Source of the DNA: Candidatus Moanibacter sp. | GTDB taxonomy: Bacteria > Verrucomicrobiota > Verrucomicrobiia > Opitutales > UBA2987 | DNA length: 64,000 nucleotides | Assembly: GCA_965215885.1 (NCBI GenBank) | Contig: CBDCEW010000099.1 | Span: 86,742-150,741 of the forward strand | Reading direction: 5' to 3' | In this document: positions 9,505 through 20,721 of the stretch, piece after piece | Layout: each line of letters begins with the position of its first letter | Position numbering within the stretch: position 1 is the first letter of the stretch | The notes under the pieces: model-generated | What the model was told of the DNA's origin: nothing | The model's input: the letters and a program-made list of their open reading frames with translations, nothing else | Database searches by the model: none | Made by a program: the position numbers and the translations under genes

Positions 9505-10992
9505 CTAGCCTTTTCGATGGCGCCTGAAGAGCCAGGTAAATATTGACTTTGTCCGAGGCGTTAGTCGAGTTCGATTGAACTGATCACCCAGTTTTCGGGC
9601 TGCTTCGGCAAAAGTGGGATAAGCGTGAATAGTGTTGGCAATCTTACCCAGACCGATTCCATGCTTCATTGCCAGAACGAATTCGTGCAGGAGATCTCCA
9701 CCATGTTCAGCCACGATAGTAACTCCCAGGATCTCGTCACTCCCTTTCCTCGTGAGGACCTTTGTGAATCCCTCGTCCTGCGTCTCCAGGATCGCACGGT
9801 CCACATCGTCCATCTCCTGGGTGAATACGTCGTAGGCCACGTTTTGTTCCTTCGCCTCCGTTTCGTTTAGACCGACACGGGCGACTTCCGGGCTTGTGAA
9901 TGATGCCCAGGGGATCACGGAGTAGTCCACTTTTGCCTTAGGCAGGGGGAGGGGAAATGTACCTTTTACAATATTCTGTACCACAATGCGTGTTTGATAG
10001 TCCGCCATATGAGTAAACTGGTAGGGACCGACAATATCCCCGGAAGCATAGATATGGGACTGCGATGTTTGCAGACTTTCATTTACAATTATTCCCTTTT
10101 TGTTAAAATCCACTCCTGCCGCCTCCAGGTTAAGCTTCTCGACGTTTGGAATTCTGCCCGCCGCGATGAGAAGGGCGTCCGCCTCAATTCTCTCAGCACT
10201 GGCTTCAGGATTGTCTCTCTGGTCAAATGGCACCAGATCCATTATAATCTTTTCTCCATTTCGGGATACCTGCTGTGGGAGCATTCCTGTCCAAAACGTC
10301 ATTCCTTCTTCGGTGAGCAGGTCTCTCATGAACTGACTCACCTCCGGGTCCTCGCGTATGAGGATCTGAGGAAGCACTTCAACCAGCTGAACACTAACCC
10401 CCAGTCTGCACATTGCCTGGCCCAGTTCCACTCCTATGGGCCCACCACCAATAATGATGAGAGTTTCAGGCTTTTTCTCAAGTTCATCGAAGACGGTTTC
10501 ATTCGTATGGTAGGGAACTTCCTCTATGCCCTTTATGGGAGGCACACCAGCTCTACTGCCGGCGGCTATAACGATATTCCTACTTCGGAGCACCTGCCCA
10601 TTTACTTCGACTTCATGTGGAGAGATGAATCGCGCCGCCCCTTGAAAAACGTCGACGCCCAGTCCCTCGTAACGCTCGACGGAATCGTTTGGCTCAATTT
10701 TGGCTCTGCGGCCCCGCATACTCTCGAAGATCCTGGTGAATTCGAACACCGGCTCTTGGCTCTCCAAGCCCCATTTCTCTGCTTTTCGGATAGTTTCGAC
10801 AACTCGTGCACTGGATATGAGTCCTTTACTTGGAACACAGCCAAAATTGAGGCAGTCTCCCCCCATCTTGTTCTTCTCTATCAATGCGGCTCGTCCACCT
10901 AGACCGGTTATGGCGGAAGTGGTAATGAGGCCGGCAGTTCCGGCCCCTACTGCAATTACATTGTAGGTTCCTTTCCCCTTCTCTTCTTTCAT
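9505..10992 (-). CDS. Pyridine nucleotide-disulfide oxidoreductase (MerA/Lpd-like, no C-terminal Cys pair)
   Basis: GAGTAG, GGDCLNFGCVPSK, GGGPIGVE, FTHMA, IHAYPT. Confidence 0.88.
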   Translation of the reverse strand: MKEEKGKGTYNVIAVGAGTAGLITTSAITGLGGRAALIEKNKMGGDCLNFGCVPSKGLISSARVVETIRKAEKWGLESQEPVFEFTRIFESMRGRRAKIEPNDSVERYEGLGVDVFQGAARFISPHEVEVNGQVLRSRNIVIAAGSRAGVPPIKGIEEVPYHTNETVFDELEKKPETLIIIGGGPIGVELGQAMCRLGVSVQLVEVLPQILIREDPEVSQFMRDLLTEEGMTFWTGMLPQQVSRNGEKIIMDLVPFDQRDNPEASAERIEADALLIAAGRIPNVEKLNLEAAGVDFNKKGIIVNESLQTSQSHIYASGDIVGPYQFTHMADYQTRIVVQNIVKGTFPLPLPKAKVDYSVIPWASFTSPEVARVGLNETEAKEQNVAYDVFTQEMDDVDRAILETQDEGFTKVLTRKGSDEILGVTIVAEHGGDLLHEFVLAMKHGIGLGKIANTIHAYPTFAEAARKLGDQFNRTRLTPRTKSIFTWLFRRHRKG

Positions 10993-11073
10993 TCAGAAAT
11001 CTCCACTATTTTGCGCCTGTATATAAAGTTGGTCGCCTGGGATTCAATTTCCTGACATGGGAAGGCCCCTGCT

Positions 11074-11730
11074 TCATTTGCGATTCGCAAAGTAGTGACA
11101 AGTAAGAATGAAATCTCTTACCGTTCTTCGGATAGGATGTTTCCCGAATCGTCTTCCGGAGGAAAGAACGTGTGGTTTCAAGTTGATGGTTTGTCCAAGT
11201 TTGCTTAGCTGCCGCGAGAATTCCAGGTCCTCGAACAGGTTCCGATCGGGAAATCCACCGATTGTTTGAAAGGCCGATTTTCTCACAAAGACTCCTTGAT
11301 CACCGAGGTTCCATCCAAGAAACCGGCTTCTTGTTCTAGCCAGGTAGCAGGTCACTTTCAGAAAAACGGAGGGATGGCAATAGCGGCGGTTGAATGCGCC
11401 TCCCACGATTTTCGGGTTCCTCAGGGCGGATACTATCGATTCCAATGCGCCTTCGGGGAGCAGAGTGTCGGCGTGGAGGAAGAGTAGAATTTCACTTGTC
11501 GCCTGCGCAGCGCCCAGATTCATCTGAGAAGCTCGTTGTCGAACGGGCGACTCGATTAGTCGCCTGCCGTTACCCTTCGCAAATTTGGCAGTTTCGTCGG
11601 TACTGCCGGCATCGACGATCAGAATCTCCTTTTCCAAGGGGTTAGCCTCCACACACTTGAGAGTCTGTGGCAGTAGCTCTGCTTCATTCAGAACGGGAAT
11701 AATAACCGATATGCGTGGAGTGTTGTTCAT
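11074..11730 (-). CDS. Glycosyltransferase family 2, TIGR04283-like
   Basis: SVIIPVLNEA, RASQMN.GA, FLHADT, GDQGVFV, FED, SSGRRF. Confidence 0.85.
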   Translation of the reverse strand: MNNTPRISVIIPVLNEAELLPQTLKCVEANPLEKEILIVDAGSTDETAKFAKGNGRRLIESPVRQRASQMNLGAAQATSEILLFLHADTLLPEGALESIVSALRNPKIVGGAFNRRYCHPSVFLKVTCYLARTRSRFLGWNLGDQGVFVRKSAFQTIGGFPDRNLFEDLEFSRQLSKLGQTINLKPHVLSSGRRFGKHPIRRTVRDFILTCHYFANRK

Positions 11731-11770
11731 TCCATTGTGACAACAAACTCCACTCTGGAGTTTCACCAGG

Positions 11771-12364
11771 CTACTGTCGCTGCGCTTCTAGAAAGATCTC
11801 AACAGTGACTTCGTTTCCCACGATTCCCTGTCCATAAGTGATGCCGTAATCCCTACGGTCAAGAGTTGTTTTTACCTCCCAACCGCTGAGGTAGACACCC
11901 CTTCGATTAAGGCCGGAGCCCGTGAGTTTCACATCGAGAACTATTGCTTTGGTTGTCGACAGGATCGTGAGGTTCCCGGTTACCTTGAAGGTATTTTTGC
12001 CCGTGACAACCCAACGCGTCGACTTGAATTTAATCTGGGGATGCACCGGTTCGTTGAAAAAGTCATCGCTGCGGAGGTGTTTGTCGCGTTTGACATTGTT
12101 GGTGTTTACGGCACCGACCGGGATTACCGCTTCCGCACTGTTATTCGCCGGGTTCTCCGTGTCTAAGACAATCGTTGCTTCAAAATCCTGAAATGCACCG
12201 GGAACCGTACTGAAAAAATGTCGAATCTTGAAGTTGACACTGGAATGGGCCGGGTCGGCCTTGTAGGTCTCGATCGCCGCCTGCGTTGTCGTGCTGAAGA
12301 GGGCACTCAAAACCGCTGTTACAAAAGTGGCTGTTTTTCTTAGTGTTAGATTCATTTTTATCAT
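11771..12364 (-). CDS. YceI family secreted lipid/polyisoprenoid-binding protein
   Basis: Signal peptide; DPAHSSV.F.IRH, RD.HLRS.DFF, I.FKST, LDRRDYGI. Confidence 0.9.
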   Translation of the reverse strand: MIKMNLTLRKTATFVTAVLSALFSTTTQAAIETYKADPAHSSVNFKIRHFFSTVPGAFQDFEATIVLDTENPANNSAEAVIPVGAVNTNNVKRDKHLRSDDFFNEPVHPQIKFKSTRWVVTGKNTFKVTGNLTILSTTKAIVLDVKLTGSGLNRRGVYLSGWEVKTTLDRRDYGITYGQGIVGNEVTVEIFLEAQRQ

Positions 12365-12437
12365 ATGGGTAAAACTACGCACTGTTTCTTATTGATCGAT
12401 AGAAAGAAAAGCGAGGCATTATCTCGTTAATACCATA

Positions 12438-12576
12438 GGAACTTTCGATCTTCCGTAACGCTGGGTTGTCGCTCCCTCTCGACGGGAACGTCCCGCTCGG
12501 CGGGGACAGTGGAGAGGGTGGGCCGGTTCCGCTTATCCCGGAGGTGAGACCTCCAACGACGAAGATCGCTTTTTCC
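12438..12576. other. Multi-stem intergenic structure (candidate ncRNA or composite palindromic repeat)
   Basis: Nested pairings cgatcttc/gaagatcg, ccctctc/gagaggg, gtccc/gggac, and hairpin ggaggt-gag-acctcc. Confidence 0.4.
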
Positions 12577-12580
12577 CAAC

Positions 12581-13384
12581 TTACAGAAGAGGGCTCAATT
12601 CCTCTGTGTTTCCTTTCACTGTGAGAATGAAAAGCTGCTTCTTTGTCGTCCATGCCGCTGTGCCATGGTTCCTTACCTGTCTCAGGTAGGGTGTACGATA
12701 GTCCCTTAGTTTCGGCAAATCCTTCCTGTTCGCTACGTAGAGGGTGTAGAGTTTGTCGCCTTTAAGGCAGATCACACCGACCTGGTGGTCATTCCACGCA
12801 AACGATTCACAGCCGACGCCGACAAGCTTGCTTAAAGCTCTCGGCAGTTCCTGCGGATAAGGAGCCTTCTCTTTCAACAAAAAGTTGTGAAGGGCGGATA
12901 CATCTTCATCAAGATAATCCATATGTTCTGTGTGATGAATGGAATGGTCCGCCGCTGCCTGAATGAGCTGCTCAAGATTACTCTCCAAAGCGTATTTCTC
13001 ACCCACACCCGGCGCTACATCGCGAATGAGGAGGTATCCGATTGCCAGTAGTGCCATCATGCATGCGGCAATTGACCATGTAACTGGCTGCTGCCACCAG
13101 ACTATCTCTCGTCCGTTGTCCTTTTCCACGATTGTCCGTGAAGCTGAGGTGTATGCTTCTTCCGGTGCATTCTCCAAGATTCGGGCGAGCAGTCCCTGGG
13201 GTGGGTTAAACTCCTTCAACTTCTGGGAAAATGCGCGATCGAAGGACTTCTCCCGCTCCATAAAGTCCTGTAATTCCGGGTCGTTTTCGGCACATCGCAG
13301 GGCTTCCTTCAGCTCGGAATTCTCTTCGGGATCCAGATCCGCACGGTACGCCTGTAGAACCATTTTGGCTTCTTCCTTATTCAT
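12581..13384 (-). CDS. Putative anti-sigma factor (one TM)
   Basis: Directly downstream of an ECF sigma; N-terminal helical domain, TM 'WSIAACMMALLAIGYLLI', periplasmic domain with GC...C. Confidence 0.7.
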   Translation of the reverse strand: MNKEEAKMVLQAYRADLDPEENSELKEALRCAENDPELQDFMEREKSFDRAFSQKLKEFNPPQGLLARILENAPEEAYTSASRTIVEKDNGREIVWWQQPVTWSIAACMMALLAIGYLLIRDVAPGVGEKYALESNLEQLIQAAADHSIHHTEHMDYLDEDVSALHNFLLKEKAPYPQELPRALSKLVGVGCESFAWNDHQVGVICLKGDKLYTLYVANRKDLPKLRDYRTPYLRQVRNHGTAAWTTKKQLFILTVKGNTEELSPLL

Positions 13385-13411
13385 TTCGGGGCTTCTCCAT
13401 TGAGCCGTTAT

Positions 13412-13960
13412 CTACAACGACTTTGTTTTTTTCTTTTTTATTCTTTGATTCAACAATACCTCTTTGAGCTGCGTCTTTCCTCGAGAGAGTCTGGACATCA
13501 CAGTGCCGATCGGCAATTCCAGAGCGGCAGCAATTTCTTTGTATGACAGATCTTCCAGGTAGAAAAGCGTGAGAGGCACCTTATAGATCTCATCGATCTT
13601 TGCGAGAGATTCGACCGCGCTCGCCGCGTCCATTGCTGTGACGAGGTCTGGCGCCACCAGAGGCATTTCTGCCTCAAGGGCTTCTGGATCGTATGACGCC
13701 ATACTGCCGCTTCGCCTCCGGATGCGTAGAAATTCCCTGTAAAGGGTTGTAAAAAGCCAGGATTTAACCTTGGAGGTGTCCCGAAGAGTCGAACCCTTGG
13801 AGGCCCAGATGTAAAAGACCTGCTGAGTGAGATCGCTGGCGTCATCTTCATTCTTGGCTAGGCTATATGCAAAACGAAAGAGTGGTGAATAGTAATCCTT
13901 CACCAACTCAGAAAAGTCCAGGGAACTATTTTCTTGTTTAGGAGCGCCCATCTTCCGCAT
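13412..13960 (-). CDS. ECF RNA polymerase sigma factor
   Basis: DA.DLTQQ.F, KSWLFT, SYKEIA..L..PIGTVMSRLSRG. Confidence 0.93.
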   Translation of the reverse strand: MRKMGAPKQENSSLDFSELVKDYYSPLFRFAYSLAKNEDDASDLTQQVFYIWASKGSTLRDTSKVKSWLFTTLYREFLRIRRRSGSMASYDPEALEAEMPLVAPDLVTAMDAASAVESLAKIDEIYKVPLTLFYLEDLSYKEIAAALELPIGTVMSRLSRGKTQLKEVLLNQRIKKKKTKSL

Positions 13961-14033
13961 TTATTCCAAGGCTTTCTGTTTAATTTCACGGTGCCGCGGT
14001 GACCGCACTCTTCGTGAGAAAAACAAAAACTAA

Positions 14034-15516
14034 GCCTCGTCAGCAGAATCTGTGGGTTATTTCGGGTTCAGGCAAGTCGGCCATGGTATGAAATAGGGCG
14101 ATCTTAAGCACTTCGAAGCTCTTAAAGCCGTATGCTTTTCTGATAGTGAGATTTATATTGCGGTTAAAGCCCTCCACAATGCCGCAGGAAAAGGCCTTTT
14201 TGGCCCGAAACCAGTTGAGGATGAGCGGCTCGTGTTTGCGCACCGAGCGCACGAACCTTTTGATCGGTTTGAGGCGCGAACGCATGGCGCGCGTGCACCA
14301 TTTTTTCAGATACCATTGGGCCCAGTAGGGACTTTTATAATGCCACAAGAGCTGAAAGCTCTCCTTTAGTAGATAGGCCCGCACGCTCTTCAGATCGTAT
14401 TGGAGCACCTCCTTGAGGCGGATCTGTTGGGTGGGGGTGAGATTTTGCGGATTTTTCAAGAAACAGTATTTGCTTTTGACCAGCACGTTGATGTAGCCGT
14501 CCCGTTGCAATCGCCTGGCTTCCGCAGCACGAATCTCATTGAGGGCCTTGTTCAGGTTGGCTACCAAGTGGAAGCGATCGAGGATGTGCAGCGCCTGGGG
14601 TGCCTTTTTCTTGATCACTTTGAGGTAAGGCTTCCACAGATCCGAGCAGACGTAGAGGATCTGGCTGCTCTTTTGCGCTCCCAATTCCCAGAAAAAACGC
14701 AAGAGCGATTTTACGTTGCGCTTATTGAATACGCCCAATAGCCGCCGCCGCCCCTCGTCAAGCTGGTAGACCACGGTGAGATAGTGATGGCCTCGATGAT
14801 ACTGCACCTCATCGACTCCGATCGCCTCAATCCCGCTCATATCGCGCCGTTTGAGCCCCCACCGCACCATCGCCTCGACCGACTCGAAGACGTTGCGCCA
14901 GTTCGTGCGAAAAACCCTTGCCGTCTCTTCCCAGCTCAAGCGCCTCGCCCACTGGGCCAGAAACCATTGCATTGGCCAACTCAGATGACTCTTGCCCTTG
15001 GCCCAGGGCACCTCTTCGACCTTCACCCCGCACCGCCGGCAATTGACCCGCCGCATGCGGTAACGAAAATACACCTTCATCCCCCACAAGGGCACAAATT
15101 CAAAATGCCTCGCCTCGCTCATGTGGTCGTAGCCGCTGGCCGTCCGGCCACACCCCGAACAGCACACCCGACTATTCTTGCGCGGCTCAATCTGCACCAC
15201 AATCGCCTCCTCCGATTTCACCATTTCCATACTCGCCTTTGCGTAAACAAAGCTCTTGAGCCAATAGCACCGATTCAGTAGCGTTTTGATGAGCACTGGG
15301 TCCTCCGTGTTCAGGATGTATTTTCGGTACTACTTTCATCCTCGGAACGGCCCGGTGCTTCAACCTTTCAATCCCATATGCAAAGAAAACACCGACCAGC
15401 CCCTCCGGCTGTGGAGGAGCGGGATTCAGGGCAGCGCCCTGACTTCTCCTTGTGCTCACCGACTCTATTTCCTCTTGTAAGCGACGTTACCCACCCACAG
15501 ATTCTACTGTAGACCC
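14034..15516 (-). mobile_element. Complete ISL3-family insertion sequence (1483 bp)
   Basis: IRs gcctcgtcagcagaatctgtgggt / revcomp gggtctacagtagaatctgtgggt; 8-bp TSD AAAACTAA at 14026-14033 and 15517-15524. Confidence 0.93.
14040..15296 (-). CDS. ISL3 family transposase
   Basis: Zn finger CSGC..CRRC, IGVDE, CSDLW.PY, LDRFH, GIVEGFN..I....RKAYGF. Confidence 0.95.
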   Translation of the reverse strand: MLIKTLLNRCYWLKSFVYAKASMEMVKSEEAIVVQIEPRKNSRVCCSGCGRTASGYDHMSEARHFEFVPLWGMKVYFRYRMRRVNCRRCGVKVEEVPWAKGKSHLSWPMQWFLAQWARRLSWEETARVFRTNWRNVFESVEAMVRWGLKRRDMSGIEAIGVDEVQYHRGHHYLTVVYQLDEGRRRLLGVFNKRNVKSLLRFFWELGAQKSSQILYVCSDLWKPYLKVIKKKAPQALHILDRFHLVANLNKALNEIRAAEARRLQRDGYINVLVKSKYCFLKNPQNLTPTQQIRLKEVLQYDLKSVRAYLLKESFQLLWHYKSPYWAQWYLKKWCTRAMRSRLKPIKRFVRSVRKHEPLILNWFRAKKAFSCGIVEGFNRNINLTIRKAYGFKSFEVLKIALFHTMADLPEPEITHRFC

Positions 15517-15556
15517 AAAACTAAGAGCCTGTCCGATTTTGGGATCCAACAGATTC

Positions 15557-16654
15557 CTAGAGGATGAACATGGCATCGCCGTAGCTGTAAAACTTGTAGT
15601 CTTTTGCTATAGCCTCACGGTAGATTTCTTTCAACCATTTTATTCCCGCCGTATCACCGGGCGTGAGAAATGCGGATACAAGGCACATCAGGGTCGACCT
15701 GGGCAGATGGAAATTGGTTAGAAGGAGGTCTGGGAAAGAGAATCTATATGGAGGGTAGATGAAAAGTTCGGCTTCCTCGGAGAAGTTTGGCTCGTTCCAC
15801 ATTTCCTTCAGATTGGGATCCCTTTCCGTCTTCTTCAGATAATCTTCGATCGCACGAACCGAGGTGGTTCCGATTGCGACGCGTGGCCCCTTTTCACTGG
15901 AGTGAAGAGCCCTACGGGTTGACTGCGAGATTTCATAAAACTCGCGGTGCATTTGATGCCCTTGAATTGTTTCTCCCTGAATGGGTTTGAAGGTTCCAAG
16001 GCCAATGTGTAAAGTGAGGTCATAGCTCACTATGCCACGATCTTCGATACGTTGGAGGATCTCTTTTGTAAAATGAAGTCCGGCAGTCGGCGCTGCGGCC
16101 GCCACTGTCCGGTTTGGATCTGAATAGACGGTCTGGTAGCGTTTCGTGTCTGCGCATGGCAAGTCGTTCGAAGCAGGACGCTTGATGTAGTGCGGAAGTG
16201 GCATTTCTCCGTGTTTCTCTGCCATCTCCAAGACTGTTGCGAAGCCTTCAGGCTCAAATGCGATGCGGAATTGGCCGTCCGATGTCTGCTCCAAAACAGT
16301 TGCGGTGAAAACGCCTTCGGCGCCAAATTTTCTTCCCGGTCTCGCTTTCCGCCCCGGTTTCAGTAGGCACCACCAGGTATTCAATGTCCTGGCCGGGTGC
16401 AGGAGTAAACACTCGATATTCCCTCCGCTTGGCAGATGGGCTTTGAGGCGTGCCTTGAGAACCCGTGCTGTGTTGCGGAAGAGGGTACTGCCGTCCGGCA
16501 GCAATTCCGGAAAATCAAAGAATCGGTGATGTGATATCTGCCCGGATTGCCTGTCAATTCTCAGCAGTCTGGAGTGGTCTCTCTTTGGTGCGGGAACTTG
16601 CGCGATCGCACTCTGGGGAAGATTGTAATCAAAAAGATTGGTCTTCAGATTCAC
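15557..16654 (-). CDS. queA: S-adenosylmethionine:tRNA ribosyltransferase-isomerase
   Basis: FDYNLP..IAQ.P, PLP.YI, YQTVY, AAPTAGLHF, GTTSVR, TNFHLPRSTL, FYSYGDAM. Confidence 0.95.
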   Translation of the reverse strand: MNLKTNLFDYNLPQSAIAQVPAPKRDHSRLLRIDRQSGQISHHRFFDFPELLPDGSTLFRNTARVLKARLKAHLPSGGNIECLLLHPARTLNTWWCLLKPGRKARPGRKFGAEGVFTATVLEQTSDGQFRIAFEPEGFATVLEMAEKHGEMPLPHYIKRPASNDLPCADTKRYQTVYSDPNRTVAAAAPTAGLHFTKEILQRIEDRGIVSYDLTLHIGLGTFKPIQGETIQGHQMHREFYEISQSTRRALHSSEKGPRVAIGTTSVRAIEDYLKKTERDPNLKEMWNEPNFSEEAELFIYPPYRFSFPDLLLTNFHLPRSTLMCLVSAFLTPGDTAGIKWLKEIYREAIAKDYKFYSYGDAMFIL

Positions 16655-16850
16655 TACTATGACCCGCTCTTGGAGAAAAAAATTGCGCTGCTCGCCTTCG
16701 TTCTTACGGTTGGTGCACTTAACACAGATGCCCCGGTGTGTCGAAATTGGAATTTCGCTCTAAGGAAGTTTCCGCAAGATGCTGTCGGCAATCTGATTAG
16801 GAGTCACAAATCCGCCTACGGGTGATATTATTTTGGAGGATTATCTGAAT

Positions 16851-18812
<1,962 letters not shown>

Positions 18813-18938
18813 TCGGTCTCGTCCCACCCGCTTAGCGGGATAATCGTGCTCGGCGAATGAGTCCACCGAAGAAAAAAAGCGGAGTTATCAAGTGAGTGTG
18901 GTCCGGCTGGATCTAACAAAGAGTGAAGCTTGTTGAAG

Positions 18939-19019
18939 CGCCAAGACCAAAAGCTTCCGCTTTCCGCTACACTCTTCGATCCGGATGGTAGCGGAAAGCG
19001 GAAGCTTTTCGTCTTGGCG
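18939..19019. repeat. GTAG REP doublet (REPIN-like), copy 1
   Basis: aagcttccgctttccgctac-17nt-gtagcggaaagcggaagctt. Confidence 0.85.
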
Positions 19020-19116
19020 ATCTTTCGAGCACGAACACGATATATTATCCGCCAAACAGGTGATACTCGCTCTCGGATTCTCACCCGAGAACCCGCATGT
19101 CATGAGAAGTATCAGA

Positions 19117-20118
19117 TCAGATTACGTCCGCTCTGGAATGGGCTCCGATTATCCTGATCTCTCCAGGCTCGGTACTTAAGTCGATATCGCCCGTCTCTTC
19201 AAGTTCGCGCAATTTACCCCGGATTGTCTCGGGTAGCTGATCCCGCTCTTCCGGAGAATTGATGGGACCATTAAAGACCTCGTTGCCATCGGAATCTTTA
19301 GCAGTGAGATGCCTGTTTCCGTCTTTGGTGGTAAGAGTAACGACACCATCCTTATCTTTGAAGACGATGTTCTTGTTCCTCATCTTTATGATCGTCTTTC
19401 TTCCTTCCAGTCTGTCCTCTACTCGTCTTATCTCCTCCACCGCTTCGTTAAGGCTGTGTCTTGCGATCGATCCAATTCTCTTTTCGAAATCATCCCGATC
19501 ACCAGAAAACAGCCTGATGTCGTGATCGAAGTAGGTGTAATCGGCCGGCGAGTCGGGAACGGGAATTGCGCGCATAACGCCGTGTGATCCCTGCCTGTCG
19601 GAGGATTCGAACCAGAGGCCGAGATCTCCCCGGCGTCTGTATTTTTCGGGTTCTCTCATAACGAGTTCGGCCTGCAGACTTATCTCCTCCCCGGCTCGCA
19701 AAACGGTGAATTCCACTTTGTCGCCTTCATTTCGGGTACGGATTAATACGCGCAGCTGGTATGGGTGGATTAGTATCTGATCGTCAAGTTTCCTGAGTAT
19801 GTCGTGTGCCTGAAGTCCTGCTTCTTCGGCCGGGCTTTCTGGCACTACATAGCGGACAGTCAGCCCCATTCCCTGGGGAAGTCCCAATTGAGCGCTCACC
19901 GTCGAGTCGAGCAAGGTCGTATGGATTCCCAGAAAGGTCATCGGGCCTGATTCCTCAACCGATTCACCTCGAAGGAAATCGCCGTCGTGTCTCTCGATTT
20001 TGCGAATCGCGACGTGCGGAGGGCCCCCCCGTATGTAGTCTTGAGCGTAGGCAGTAAGAACGGGAATCAGAAACAACTGAACCGCTACCCCTCTTTTGAT
20101 TGCATCGTATTTTTTCAT
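19117..20118 (-). CDS. Secreted PDZ-domain protein (no protease domain evident)
   Basis: Signal peptide; FLGI, QLGL..G.GL.V..V.P.SPA..AGL...DIL. Confidence 0.8.
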   Translation of the reverse strand: MKKYDAIKRGVAVQLFLIPVLTAYAQDYIRGGPPHVAIRKIERHDGDFLRGESVEESGPMTFLGIHTTLLDSTVSAQLGLPQGMGLTVRYVVPESPAEEAGLQAHDILRKLDDQILIHPYQLRVLIRTRNEGDKVEFTVLRAGEEISLQAELVMREPEKYRRRGDLGLWFESSDRQGSHGVMRAIPVPDSPADYTYFDHDIRLFSGDRDDFEKRIGSIARHSLNEAVEEIRRVEDRLEGRKTIIKMRNKNIVFKDKDGVVTLTTKDGNRHLTAKDSDGNEVFNGPINSPEERDQLPETIRGKLRELEETGDIDLSTEPGEIRIIGAHSRADVI

Positions 20119-20195
20119 GATTCTTTTGAGTTTAGTTTCCGTCTTTTTGATTTTTCATTGCAACAGCCCCTTTCAAACTTCCTCTTGCCCCCAAC

Positions 20196-20693
20196 CTAAT
20201 ACGTATCCAAACGAACCAGGATCACCTCCTCGCGCGGTATGCGAAGTTCGATGGATGAATCGGCTTCAGCATTTTCCAGAGTGTAAGTGTCGAGAAACTT
20301 ATATCGCATTTTTCTCGCCGGTGTCTTGTCGTTGAGAATATAGATTCCCTCGTCTTTTGCATCGTAGAGATAGTGATCGGTTCTGATCGGCCGATAGCGT
20401 GTGCTTTCACGGACAAAGTTTCGGAGCACACTCTGAACGGCTGCTACAGGTTCAGTTGCACTGTCCTCCACCTTAGGCTTTCTGGCCATAATGAAAACAA
20501 AGATTGCTGCTGCGCTAAGCGGTATGAGCCAGCCCCAATGCGCCAATATAGGGCTTGGGTGGGCATTGCCCGAAGAGGCGGGGAAAGTCCCTTCCGCCAT
20601 CTGGTCCCCGATTTTTTGCCAGATACTCTCAGAAGGCTGTGCTGGCACGAGTTCCTTCAATTCGTTTTCCAGGTTATCCAGATGCTCTTTCAT
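20196..20693 (-). CDS. Putative anti-sigma factor (one TM)
   Basis: Follows an ECF sigma; 'LE.EL..L.P..PS' N-terminus then TM 'WLIPLSAAAIFVFIM'. Confidence 0.65.
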   Translation of the reverse strand: MKEHLDNLENELKELVPAQPSESIWQKIGDQMAEGTFPASSGNAHPSPILAHWGWLIPLSAAAIFVFIMARKPKVEDSATEPVAAVQSVLRNFVRESTRYRPIRTDHYLYDAKDEGIYILNDKTPARKMRYKFLDTYTLENAEADSSIELRIPREEVILVRLDTY

Positions 20694-20721
20694 TACCTAG
20701 CTGAATATAAAGGTGTGCTGT

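Noticed and set aside
9994..10902. 302-aa + strand ORF
   Set aside because: Antisense shadow of the oxidoreductase; no motifs.
9505..10992. Mercuric reductase merA
   Set aside because: Lacks the C-terminal Cys-Cys pair and NmerA domain; no merR/T/P nearby.
12438..12576. SRP RNA, or cobalamin/SAM/TPP riboswitch
   Set aside because: Core consensus motifs are absent on both strands; kept only as an unclassified structure.
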